NCBI GenBank assembly: GCA_946965045.2
Contig: OX337231.1
Location: 310,001-374,000, forward strand
Origin: Epithemia pelagica
Lineage: Eukaryota > Protista > Bacillariophyta
DNA length: 64,000 nucleotides
Direction of reading: 5' to 3'
A model generated the notes under the pieces. It did no database searches. It saw nothing but the letters and a program-made list of their open reading frames with translations, and was not told the origin of the DNA. A program made the position numbers and the translations under genes. Of this stretch, positions 11,960 to 21,680 are shown piece by piece. The stretch's first letter is position 1; every line of letters begins with the position of its first letter.

Positions 11960-14900
11960 GTTTTTCTTCCTTTCTTCTTTCTTTCTTGTCTTTGCCTTTG
12001 CTTCCTTTGTCATGTCGTTATCTTTCGCTATTAATCCTACCCTTCGCGGATTAATCTCTCCCGATACGACCCAGTCGTTCCTTTCGTTTTCCCCCTCTGG
12101 TTTGTTCAAGCCTGTGGCATCCACCACAACCTATCCAAATCAGTTCTCCGGCATGTCTCCTCTTCACCCTACCGATCTCCAAAACTCTAAAGACTTTATT
12201 TCCTTGTCCCCTGAAGAAAAATCCAAGGAAATCCAGAAGGAATTTTTGGCCAATCTTCTTTCCTTGAATTTTGGGCCAAATAATTCCTCTCCCGACGCTA
12301 CCGTAGTTACTTCCCCTGCCAAGTATGCCCTGGCTGCAGACTCACCTACTATTGCCGGCTTCCTAGCCGTTGTCCAGCTTGACTCGGCTCCCACCACCGA
12401 TCCCAGCAAGCTTTCCTCCAAAATCCCACCCCCATCCGGCCCTTACCTGGTTGTCCTCGGGCCCACGGCGTTTGCCTTCAACGGAAAAGGCTTGCAAGCA
12501 CATGTATTTTCCGATACCCCCCAGAAAATCAGCTCCTTGCAGTTTTGTTTTCCTACAACGTTAATTGCCCCCGCGTTCGCTTTCCAATCGGGCATCCGTC
12601 CCCAATCCATTTCACAACTTAACCCTTACTCATGGATTACTTCCCACCCCAGTTCCATACTGGCCTCCCTCCGTGCTCACCGAGCCCTATTTTCCACTGT
12701 TATCCTTGAACAGTCTACGTCACGCCTCCACTCGCCTGACGACCCGTGGCATTCTCTTTGGATCCCCTCCCAAGACTCCCCCCCCCCACATGCCCATCAA
12801 ATTTTCTCGCGCCTCCATCGCGTCGACGAACCCATTCTCACAATTCCCGTTGAGAACACTTCTCCTATCGAGGGCTCCTGGATTGCTCTTTCCGCCCTTC
12901 CCCTTCCTCGTCATCATCATCTTCCTATTGGTCTCCTTTTCGATCCTGCCTCCATTCCTGACTCCGCCAGTTTAATTAACGCTATTCTTGGTTGGAATCA
13001 AACCTACAACCCGATGCCAGCCACTCGTTCTTCCCATCTCAAAGACTTGGCAACAACTCTCTCTTGGCTTGACGTCCCTTTTGTCAACGATTGGCTCCTC
13101 ACCGTGAGTCAACGCGCCGACGACTTTGCTACTGTTTGGCACACTTCCAAGCAGATAGCATCCGACCTCACCACCCTCAAGAACGTCCCCATCTCTACCA
13201 ACCTTCCCCGTTCTTATCCGGCTCGTATCCACCCTTATGAAGCCCTGTTTGTGCATCCTTTCTTCTCCCTTACAACCAAGCTTTTCTCAGATGCACTCCT
13301 CCAAAACACTCCGTCCCATACCATGCGAACCAAATTCTTCACTTTCTTTCGGGAGAAAGCAAACATGCTATCCTCCCAAGACGTCGACCTGTTCCTCCCT
13401 CAAAACATCCCTCACGTGGACAACACCCACACATACGTTCCTTTCCTCTTTCGCCCTCAAACACAGTCGTGGTCCACCTCCTACGGTTTCAAATCCTTTT
13501 CTTCCTTTGATGTCCAAAAATACCTTCCGGATTTTTTGAATCACCTCCCAAACGATCATATCGCTCAACGCGCCATATCCACCCCACACGAGCGGTCACC
13601 ATCTTCGTCCCTCAACCCACCCCAACCCAACACGGTTACCCGTTTGAATGTCGATTCCCCGGACAAACCCTCGCAAAAAAACCCTCCTTCCTCTCCCCAG
13701 ACACCGGAAGTTCGACCATTCCCTCTGGAACCTCCCGCAGAAAGCCTCTCTCGTCGTCCTACAGCCTTTCACCCTCCAACGGCTCGCATTCCCTCACCAG
13801 CAGCCCTGGACCCCTCGCCACGGTTTCCTGCCCCAGTCCCTGTCTCTCGTGCTCCTCTGCAACCCCAGCAGATGGAACCACAACAGCGTGCTCCTCCACC
13901 CCCTCAGCAGCTGGAACCACCGCAGCCGCCACCTCAACCCCATCAGAATCGTCTCCTCGTCGGTCCGGACCCACCGCCGTTTCCCACCCAAACCTCCATT
14001 CAGCACCTTCCGCCTCGTCCTCCCTCGCGACAGGAGCATTTCCTCCCCCCCCTTCCTCCCCCCCGCCTCCAGCGGTCTCCTTTCACCTCTACAGCCAATG
14101 CCTACTCCAACGCCTCTCCTCATGCACCCCACAACCCACCACGTCGACCCACTCATTATCACCCAGCCTCTCCAGCCATGGAGTCCTACCACTCCCAATC
14201 CTTCAACCCCTTGGCGCACCAACGTCAGGCCTGGGACGCACCCCTGGTTTCCACCACTACCTCACCCTGGTATCTCCCGGTTGACAACCCAACTTGGTTT
14301 ACGAGCACACGGCTCAAATATGTGCATTCCACCTTGGCTTCCTCCGCGTATCTTCCCCTCATCCGACGCACCATGGAAGAGCGCGGTCAATTTACTTTTG
14401 ACCGCTTTATTTTCCAGGACACAGACCAACTCCCACCTCATGTAGTCCAATGGGCCTTCCTGGGCATCGTTGCTCTACCTACTGATCTACGTTTGGTTGA
14501 CCCCAACTTGCCCACAACCACGAGACGTCCCTCCTATTCCCACGAGCTTCTCCATACCCCCAGCCATCTCAACAACGATTGGCTGCGCCAAGTTCTGCCC
14601 TACGCAGGCGCTGATCATCGCAGCTCTGCCGCCGAGGTAGCGGCCATTGACCTCCTCGCCGCCGCCATTGAAGCTTCCAAATACCCGGTGGCTCCGTTCC
14701 GCGTCGATTTTTCTCAGTCTTTCCTTCACGCAGAAGCCCCGCGTAAAGCACTGAGAACATTCCGAATCAACGCAGGTCAGACTCTTCATCTCGACGACCC
14801 TAAGTCCTTATATCTATCCCTTACTCCTTGGCACTTCCTATGGTCCATCCCCTTGTCCCCAGAGGGTCGCCTCCCGCAACAAGGTCTCTCCTGCACCCAG

Positions 14901-15983
14901 TTTAAGCTGTTCTTCCATCATATTGTGTTTTTCTTAAACACAGTACTCACCAACGACGACTCCTTCCCCCAATTCCCTCCAGGTTTTAGCCCCTTTCTTC
15001 TCCGCGGTCCCCTTGCCGGTCAATTGCTTTGGGCAGCTCATCAGTTTGATCAAGCTCAAACTCGAGATGCATGGTCGACATTGGCTTCCTCGCAACCCAG
15101 TCACACGCTACAATTGTCTCAAGCCCTTCTCCATCACACCTGTGACCTGTTTCAACAATTCCTCCGCTGGGGCGCCCAGAATCGTACCAAAATAGCTTGC
15201 CCTGCCACCGCAGACCCTGAAGGCTTTGTTCCCCAGTGCACTCTCATCTACGATGTGAGCCCGCACTCAACCGACTCAAATCTCACCTACTGTTTGGATT
15301 GGAGATCCACCTTTACCCTATTATTTACGGCTCCTACAATACTCTCCCACCAACACACCAACTCCATGTCACCCTTGTTTTGCCGCTCCACCCCCAACTA
15401 TCTCCTACCATCTCGTCCTGATCACCGGGGTGACTCTCGTTCTCCTCTAGAACGCTACGATCGTGCCCAACGGCGTCGCTCTCCCTCGGACCGTCCTCCT
15501 GACCGTGCTGCCGACCAACCACCGCCCAAGCGTGCTCGTTCTGACTCCGCTCAACCCCAGCGTCGCCCTGGCCAAAAAGCTCTCGTCCCGCTTGTCACCC
15601 TCACCGCGGCAGGGAAGGAACGTTATACCCACTCAGGTAAGCTCCTTGCCGACCTCGCGTCTTCCCTCACCATTCCCCGTTTCGACCAAAAGCAATATTG
15701 CTTTATGTACATCGACAAGAACTCTGTTGTCGGGTGCACCGGTCCCCATCGTTCACGCACAAACTCGGAAGGCCAACCGTTGCAATGCAATCGACACCAC
15801 GTCTGCCTTTCTCCCCAGGCTATCTCCAACTGGCCCCAATCCTCCCTTAAACCGCTCTGGGAGTTCTGTCACCATGATCGCGTTCGACACCTTCTCCAAC
15901 CTACACCGGAATTTGCAGCCCACATGGCTTCAGACCGTCCGAACCGTCCAAACGCCCCTCAACAACCCCCGCCCTCGTCGTGA
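11880..15983 (+). CDS. gag: ORF1, gag-like protein of the YR retrotransposon (start may be 12012); Pro-rich middle, C-terminal Cys/His cluster
   Basis: Position between A1 and RT. Cluster YCFMY..GCTGPH..CNRHHVC. The gag assignment is positional. Confidence 0.7.
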   Translation: MSRSLPTAAMELRVFGATQSLSSLLLVFFFLSSFFLVFAFASFVMSLSFAINPTLRGLISPDTTQSFLSFSPSGLFKPVASTTTYPNQFSGMSPLHPTDLQNSKDFISLSPEEKSKEIQKEFLANLLSLNFGPNNSSPDATVVTSPAKYALAADSPTIAGFLAVVQLDSAPTTDPSKLSSKIPPPSGPYLVVLGPTAFAFNGKGLQAHVFSDTPQKISSLQFCFPTTLIAPAFAFQSGIRPQSISQLNPYSWITSHPSSILASLRAHRALFSTVILEQSTSRLHSPDDPWHSLWIPSQDSPPPHAHQIFSRLHRVDEPILTIPVENTSPIEGSWIALSALPLPRHHHLPIGLLFDPASIPDSASLINAILGWNQTYNPMPATRSSHLKDLATTLSWLDVPFVNDWLLTVSQRADDFATVWHTSKQIASDLTTLKNVPISTNLPRSYPARIHPYEALFVHPFFSLTTKLFSDALLQNTPSHTMRTKFFTFFREKANMLSSQDVDLFLPQNIPHVDNTHTYVPFLFRPQTQSWSTSYGFKSFSSFDVQKYLPDFLNHLPNDHIAQRAISTPHERSPSSSLNPPQPNTVTRLNVDSPDKPSQKNPPSSPQTPEVRPFPLEPPAESLSRRPTAFHPPTARIPSPAALDPSPRFPAPVPVSRAPLQPQQMEPQQRAPPPPQQLEPPQPPPQPHQNRLLVGPDPPPFPTQTSIQHLPPRPPSRQEHFLPPLPPPRLQRSPFTSTANAYSNASPHAPHNPPRRPTHYHPASPAMESYHSQSFNPLAHQRQAWDAPLVSTTTSPWYLPVDNPTWFTSTRLKYVHSTLASSAYLPLIRRTMEERGQFTFDRFIFQDTDQLPPHVVQWAFLGIVALPTDLRLVDPNLPTTTRRPSYSHELLHTPSHLNNDWLRQVLPYAGADHRSSAAEVAAIDLLAAAIEASKYPVAPFRVDFSQSFLHAEAPRKALRTFRINAGQTLHLDDPKSLYLSLTPWHFLWSIPLSPEGRLPQQGLSCTQFKLFFHHIVFFLNTVLTNDDSFPQFPPGFSPFLLRGPLAGQLLWAAHQFDQAQTRDAWSTLASSQPSHTLQLSQALLHHTCDLFQQFLRWGAQNRTKIACPATADPEGFVPQCTLIYDVSPHSTDSNLTYCLDWRSTFTLLFTAPTILSHQHTNSMSPLFCRSTPNYLLPSRPDHRGDSRSPLERYDRAQRRRSPSDRPPDRAADQPPPKRARSDSAQPQRRPGQKALVPLVTLTAAGKERYTHSGKLLADLASSLTIPRFDQKQYCFMYIDKNSVVGCTGPHRSRTNSEGQPLQCNRHHVCLSPQAISNWPQSSLKPLWEFCHHDRVRHLLQPTPEFAAHMASDRPNRPNAPQQPPPSS

Positions 15984-16040
15984 CTACCGGCACATCATCG
16001 CCCAGGTTCGACTTGCGCCCGTTCGCCGTGGTCTGATGCA

Positions 16041-18893
16041 ATGCCTCCCACTTCACCAGAGAAATTTTATCCCACCTCTACGGCAGATCTTCTCCTCTCC
16101 CTTCCCGCTCCCACTACTGAGGCTGTCCCTACTGTCCCCAAACTACCAGTATTTCCTTCTCACCCACGTGCTGCCCCCTCTCGGGTCTCCTATGAGTTGC
16201 CAACGTTGCACACGGTGTTAACCACCGTCAACCCCTTTTTGACCGACGCCGATCGCTCCCAACTCCTCCTTGCCTCTTCCTCCTTGGTGCCCAACTGGGG
16301 AATTCTTCCCCTGTTCCCTCTCTGGTCGTTCACACACCATCGCAAACGAATTGGTTTCGGTCCGGACCGTCTCAACGTCGGCACATCCCATGCTGCTCCT
16401 GACGGCACTCCACTTGCGGCAACCGCACCCCATGTTGTTTCCCCTGAATTGCTCGGCCACTACGCATGGGATTTTTTGTCCCCACAGGACCAACAAAACC
16501 TAGTCGCCTCCTCGCCAAGCTTCCACTTCTATCATCGTCTCCGCGTTGCTGCTGCTCATGGCACCTCTCTCGCTGTCTGTCGCATACCCCCCTGCGAAGA
16601 CAAATCCCAACCCCTTCCATTCCGTAAGGCTTTTCTGCTTGCCGTTGCCCTTTGTCGTGCAAACTTTGTCTATGCGGACATGTACCGCTGGCTTGGCGGA
16701 ATCTACAATAATCATCACAGACGCCTGGCAGACACCTTCGACATCATTGACCGCGTCAAAGCTTTTGAGCCCCCACCGGACTATCCACGGTTGGACTATG
16801 CCCGCACTTGGCAACTTTTTCACCTGGGCGCCCCTCTCGCAGGCCACTATTCCTGTAGTCGCGTTGCCGTTTCTCAACGCAACCTCCTTGACAACTACCC
16901 CGGGGTCCAAGAAAACTTAGAGGAAATCACCAAAAAGTTCAAGAAAGAGGAACAGCTACAGTATCATCTTTTCCTTCCCCGAATTATCTGGCGGTTCCTC
17001 CCCGGTCTTTTCCTTTCACTCATTAACTGGGTAGCGCCCAAACCCCACCGCATCGGCGACACCGGCCGCTTGTGCATCGATCCAAGCTCCAAAATCACAG
17101 ACACTGATGACGGCAACACCAATGCCCAAATTCCAGATGCTGGACATGACGATGACTGTAACCCCGCGGTGGCTTACGGCACGGCTTTCCTACGCTTTTT
17201 GCGGTACATCTACAATCTGCGTATTGACCATCCCTCGGAAGACATACTGCTCAGCGCCGATGATATCAGTGCCGCCTTCCGTCGGGTCACATACAACCCC
17301 AACGCTGCCTTAGCATTTGCAAGCGTCCTCGGCTGGTTCCTAATCATACCCATTGGAATGATTTTTGGCGCCAAAAACAGTCCTTCCTACTACATGCTAC
17401 CGGGGGAGCTACGAGCCCATCTCTCTCGTTACCTTGCCGAGCTCACTTCCGCTCGTACTCTCTTGGCGGACACCATTGCTATCCCACCCCCTCCGTCCCC
17501 CCGCACCCTCAGAACCTTAACGACCGCCACTCCCGACGCTCTCAATCAAGGCACCTCCCACTTGTTAGCATCCCAACCGTCCTCCTTTCCTCGTCCGGTG
17601 TATGCTCCGTTCGTTGACGACACCGGTGGAGCGGCCATCCGCTCGGAGATCCACCGGTTAGTCAATAGCAGTATTCTCGCCGCATACGTCACCTTCGGCT
17701 TCCCCGACGAAGACCCCCATCGACCCGACCCTATTAATCCGATAAAATTTGTGCGTGACATCAGTCACAGCCTGAAATTCCTGGGGTATATCATCAACAC
17801 TCGAACTATGACAATTTCTTGGCCGTCCCATAAACAGACACAACTACAGGTCTATCTTCAACGCGCCCTCGATCTTCCCACCACGCCCTCCGACGGGCGT
17901 CGGCTTTCACCGCAAATGGCGGCCACGATTCTGGGCCTCGTCCGTCACAGCGCCCCAGTCTCACTCTTGGGCATCTACTACACGTTATCCCTACAGTATG
18001 CACTCAACGACCGCCTCCGTGCCACCGCAGCAGCAGGCAAATCCACCCGTGCCGCCTCCTTTTGGCACAAAACCCGGTTCACCCTCAACCGAGAAACCGT
18101 TATGGACCTCCGAACGCTCTTGGCCACCCTCCATTCTTCTCGGACCCACATTTGGACCCGTCCCATCGCTTTATGCATCCCGCGGGTTTCGCAATTTGAA
18201 ATTTTGGGCGACGCCTCCATTGAAGGGCTGGGAGGCTGGTTATCCACCCACTACCCCTTCATGTGGAGACTGACCAAACCCGACTTACTTCGCCTGGGCT
18301 TCATCCTGCCAAAAGATATGCAGTCCACCAAATTATCCGATCCAACTCAAGACACGCCCGATGCCCTGTGGCACATCAACTTGCTTGAATTCGTCGTCCT
18401 TCTCATAAACTTCTGGTTCCTGCAGCGAGTGGCCTCTCACGCCACACCGCAACCCCAGACCCTTGTCATCTCCATGCGCACCGACAACACGTCGGCGCTC
18501 TCGTGGCTCTCCCATGCCGCCCGTGCCAAGCGGCCCGCAATTCGTCGTCTTGCTCGTCTTTTTCAAGCCATGCTCACATCTGCCCCTATTCCCGTTCAAT
18601 TACAGGCCTCGCATATTGCGGGCGAGCTCAATCACAATGCCGACCTGTTGTCCCGCCCGTCCCTTGCGCCCACTTGGGCCTCCGTTATCGAGCAGTCCAA
18701 GCCAGTGCTGGACCCATCCACCGCCTACCGCGTGCCCTCCAGGTTGCTATCAGTGATATTAACAAGCTTCAAATTCAACAGGACCGAGGACGAACTAGGA
18801 ACAAGAATGATCGAACTTTGGACTCTCGAGGCGCTCACTTTTCCCGATGGTCCGCTCGCAATCACCTCACCCCTGAACTTTTATCTCGCCTGA
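16041..18893 (+). CDS. pol: Reverse transcriptase + RNase H (DIRS/Ngaro type)
   Basis: RT: ADDISAAFRRV, PIGMIFGAKNSP, FVDD. RNase H: GDASIEGLGG, HINLLE, TDNTSAL, HIAGELNHNADLLSR. Confidence 0.95.
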   Translation: MPPTSPEKFYPTSTADLLLSLPAPTTEAVPTVPKLPVFPSHPRAAPSRVSYELPTLHTVLTTVNPFLTDADRSQLLLASSSLVPNWGILPLFPLWSFTHHRKRIGFGPDRLNVGTSHAAPDGTPLAATAPHVVSPELLGHYAWDFLSPQDQQNLVASSPSFHFYHRLRVAAAHGTSLAVCRIPPCEDKSQPLPFRKAFLLAVALCRANFVYADMYRWLGGIYNNHHRRLADTFDIIDRVKAFEPPPDYPRLDYARTWQLFHLGAPLAGHYSCSRVAVSQRNLLDNYPGVQENLEEITKKFKKEEQLQYHLFLPRIIWRFLPGLFLSLINWVAPKPHRIGDTGRLCIDPSSKITDTDDGNTNAQIPDAGHDDDCNPAVAYGTAFLRFLRYIYNLRIDHPSEDILLSADDISAAFRRVTYNPNAALAFASVLGWFLIIPIGMIFGAKNSPSYYMLPGELRAHLSRYLAELTSARTLLADTIAIPPPPSPRTLRTLTTATPDALNQGTSHLLASQPSSFPRPVYAPFVDDTGGAAIRSEIHRLVNSSILAAYVTFGFPDEDPHRPDPINPIKFVRDISHSLKFLGYIINTRTMTISWPSHKQTQLQVYLQRALDLPTTPSDGRRLSPQMAATILGLVRHSAPVSLLGIYYTLSLQYALNDRLRATAAAGKSTRAASFWHKTRFTLNRETVMDLRTLLATLHSSRTHIWTRPIALCIPRVSQFEILGDASIEGLGGWLSTHYPFMWRLTKPDLLRLGFILPKDMQSTKLSDPTQDTPDALWHINLLEFVVLLINFWFLQRVASHATPQPQTLVISMRTDNTSALSWLSHAARAKRPAIRRLARLFQAMLTSAPIPVQLQASHIAGELNHNADLLSRPSLAPTWASVIEQSKPVLDPSTAYRVPSRLLSVILTSFKFNRTEDELGTRMIELWTLEALTFPDGPLAITSPLNFYLA

Positions 18894-19915
18894 CCGATAA
18901 CGAATGCATACACATCCTCCACCTTTACCTACATCACGTCACAAACGGCGAGAACTACTACAGGAGGTCCGACCTAGCGGCAGATACCATTCAATCTTAC
19001 GTAACTGCTGCCCATTCCGCACTTCAGGTTGCCCTCAACCGCCCTGTTAACATCTCCAACCCAACCAACTCAACCCTGCTACACCCACTGCTATCCGACC
19101 CATTACAATTTCATCGTCGCTGGCAACGTCCGCGCGATCGTAAGGAACCCATCACCGATGCCATCCTTAGCGTGCTCTATTACCGTGCAGTCGGGGCCCC
19201 TCCTTCGTCACTTGACGCAACTCTCTTCGACTGGGTCCGGCTTGGCCTCTTCACCGGCTCCCGTGCCAGTGAATTTGCCCAAACCTCTGGCTCAAAGTTT
19301 GTCTTTGCGGCCGTTCCCAATTGTCCCAATGATCCATCCTGGAACGATCAACCTATTGCCTTTGTCTCCAGTGACTTCGTCTTCTTGACTCAAGCAAACG
19401 ACATGCTTCCACTTGCTTCCCTCCCCAAACACGAACACACCGTCTCGGCAGTCCAGATCCGCTTTCGGCATGACAAAAGCGCTCATAATTTCACGAAACG
19501 CATCTTCCGTCGTTCCGGCCACTCATATCTCTGTCCCGTGCTCGCATCCTGTTCAATTGCCCGCCGCTCCCTCTCCCTCCAAGTCGGAGCCCACCTGCCC
19601 CTCGCCTCCTATCAGGTCAAACCGGGGAAAATAGCCTACCTTCGGTCGGCCGATATCATCAAAGCCCTCCGTCAAGCTTGCCTGGAGGCGTACCCAAACC
19701 CTCATAATTACCACCGGCGTCACGCCCACTTGCTTGTCGCCCATTCTACACGCGTCACAGCCGCTGTAGCGTTGTGGAACGTTCAAGTTCCCCTTCCCCA
19801 AATTGCCTTCCGACTCCGGTGGCAAGAAGACTCGATCAAACACTACCTCCGTGATTGCTCGAAAGCAATTGGTCCTCATAGTCAAGCGGCCATTGCGGGC
19901 GTCCTAAATATTTAA
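18503..19915 (+). CDS. Tyrosine recombinase, overlapping pol in the -1 frame; true start unknown
   Basis: Catalytic set: R (FTGSRASEF), HxxR (HSTR), RW (FRLRW), Y (SIKHYLR). The track start at 18503 is GTG. Confidence 0.93.
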   Translation: MALPCRPCQAARNSSSCSSFSSHAHICPYSRSITGLAYCGRAQSQCRPVVPPVPCAHLGLRYRAVQASAGPIHRLPRALQVAISDINKLQIQQDRGRTRNKNDRTLDSRGAHFSRWSARNHLTPELLSRLTDNECIHILHLYLHHVTNGENYYRRSDLAADTIQSYVTAAHSALQVALNRPVNISNPTNSTLLHPLLSDPLQFHRRWQRPRDRKEPITDAILSVLYYRAVGAPPSSLDATLFDWVRLGLFTGSRASEFAQTSGSKFVFAAVPNCPNDPSWNDQPIAFVSSDFVFLTQANDMLPLASLPKHEHTVSAVQIRFRHDKSAHNFTKRIFRRSGHSYLCPVLASCSIARRSLSLQVGAHLPLASYQVKPGKIAYLRSADIIKALRQACLEAYPNPHNYHRRHAHLLVAHSTRVTAAVALWNVQVPLPQIAFRLRWQEDSIKHYLRDCSKAIGPHSQAAIAGVLNI

Positions 19916-19983
19916 CTACCACTATTCACATCAAATGTATCTCACTATTCTATTATGGTATCACTATTTCGTCCGCTCCAACC

Positions 19984-20562
19984 TTAAATCCTCGCTATGT
20001 TCTTGTCCGCTCGAGAATAACGCACGCCATTGTCGGTCTCCACGTGGATACGTGCGTCTGTTACCTTCACCACCCGCCCAGTTGGGTCAGCGGGATCGTT
20101 TGGGTTTCGAATTCGAACCCGCTCCCCAACTTTGAAACGCTCCTCCGATCCGCGGCTCGCCCGCCGACCCCGAAATCCACCTTGTGCTCGTGGACTCGTA
20201 CGTCCACGGGGACTCGGTCCACCCACCCCTTTGCTTGCCACTCGCCATCCCCATCTTCCTCCACGGGCCATCGACCCTTCCTCTCGGCCCCGTGGTGTCC
20301 CCTCTCGCAGTCCTACTCCATCGGGCTCCCATTCCCCCCCTCCTCCTCCGTCTGCCACAGCTGCGTTCGCTGCCGCCACCACATTAATCGCCTGCTGCAC
20401 TCTCCTCTCCGCCAATTCCTTCAATTCAAGCAATCGTCTAGAGATCTCCACTTGCCTCTCGGCCATCCGTCCCAACTCTCCCATAATCTCGGCCATCTGA
20501 GCCTGCCTATCCGCCATCTGATCCAGCTCGTCAATCAACTCGGCCATCTCCTCCATCTTCAT
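19984..20562 (-). CDS. Antisense ORF B inside the retrotransposon: coiled coil + RG/RGG-rich linker + KOW/SH3-like barrel
   Basis: ATG start. Heptad-like N-terminus. C-terminus FKVGERVRIRNP..TGRVVKVTDARIHVETDNG resembles KOW. Confidence 0.7.
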   Translation of the reverse strand: MKMEEMAELIDELDQMADRQAQMAEIMGELGRMAERQVEISRRLLELKELAERRVQQAINVVAAANAAVADGGGGGEWEPDGVGLREGTPRGREEGSMARGGRWGWRVASKGVGGPSPRGRTSPRAQGGFRGRRASRGSEERFKVGERVRIRNPNDPADPTGRVVKVTDARIHVETDNGVRYSRADKNIARI

Positions 20563-21563
20563 TCACTGTCTGATTCCAACTTCGACGCGCGTCCCGACGA
20601 ATCGCCAGACAGGACAACCACTTCCGGTAAATGTTTCTTCCACGACAACGGCTCGTCCTCTGTCGCCGTGTTTTCCCTAGTCGCCGTATTCTCCCTCGTA
20701 GGAGTTTCCTTAATCGATTTCTCCCTTGTGGGAGTTTCCTTGATCGACCCCAGGCCTTTCTCCTTGGGCGAAACACTCGCGCCCCTCTTCACAGGGGTAC
20801 TGCCCTTGCGCTGCTTCTTGGGTAGGGTACTGAAACCCGGTTGGCCCAACCACTCTTCCAAAGAACGCTTCTCGCGCTTCGAAAACGCTTCAAAAGTTCC
20901 TTTCCCTTCGGACCTCTTTTTACCCGCCTCGGGTTTCTTATCTTTTCGGTCGGCTGCTGCGGCAGCCGTCGCGGCTCTCCCTCCGGGAACTGGCACAGGC
21001 AATCCACGGCGGGCAGAGTTCTGCGCGAACAACTCACGAACAACGGCCACTTTTTGTTCCACAACCTCCTCTGCAGAAGGCCTTTCCCGTCCGCCAGCCA
21101 AGGCCAATCCACAAATCTGGTGGAAAACGACTTCTTGGTCTTCCGGGTGCGGAAACAACAACTCTAGAGCCACCACGACCTTCTTGTTGCTTGGAGATGC
21201 TCGTCGAAACACCGTTTCCACGAAGTCTTCCCCGTCTCCTCCCTCCTCCGCAAAAGTCTCACACACACGGGTCACTAGTCGATCGATCTCCGCTTGATGG
21301 TCGCCCACCAACTCTCGCACGTTTTTCTGCGTCTGAATCACCGACGCCTCTTTGGATGCAAGTATTCCGCCATGCACGTCTTCCAAATGTTGACGCTCTT
21401 GGGCGTGCAACACGCGAGTCTTATCCAGCTCTGTTTGCGCGATATCCACTCCTCCTAAAGCGCCGTGCAATTCTTTGCGTTGTGCCTCGACAACTGTTTT
21501 TAAACGATCCAGTTGTTCAGCCGTCGTTTCGCTTTCTTCTGTTCTCCGAGCTGCAGAACTCAT
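20559..21563 (-). CDS. Antisense ORF A inside the retrotransposon: N-terminal coiled coil, charged disordered tail
   Basis: 334-aa ATG-started ORF beginning 118 bp from B1. Its TGA overlaps the ATG of ORF B (ATGA). Confidence 0.7.
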   Translation of the reverse strand: MSSAARRTEESETTAEQLDRLKTVVEAQRKELHGALGGVDIAQTELDKTRVLHAQERQHLEDVHGGILASKEASVIQTQKNVRELVGDHQAEIDRLVTRVCETFAEEGGDGEDFVETVFRRASPSNKKVVVALELLFPHPEDQEVVFHQICGLALAGGRERPSAEEVVEQKVAVVRELFAQNSARRGLPVPVPGGRAATAAAAADRKDKKPEAGKKRSEGKGTFEAFSKREKRSLEEWLGQPGFSTLPKKQRKGSTPVKRGASVSPKEKGLGSIKETPTREKSIKETPTRENTATRENTATEDEPLSWKKHLPEVVVLSGDSSGRASKLESDSE

Positions 21564-21680
21564 CTCACCTCTTCCGCAACCGTATCTTTGTGCCCATGTC
21601 CTACGCCCTCTAATTGTCCTATCGGCTACTCCCTCACACTCCGCAGTCAGCTGTGGTGGCTAGTCAAGGCAAAGACATGT

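Noticed and set aside
20044-21297. 417-aa plus-strand ORF overlapping the antisense cassette
   Set aside because: Low-complexity Ser/Pro/His translation with no motifs; best explained as a shadow of the minus-strand ORFs.
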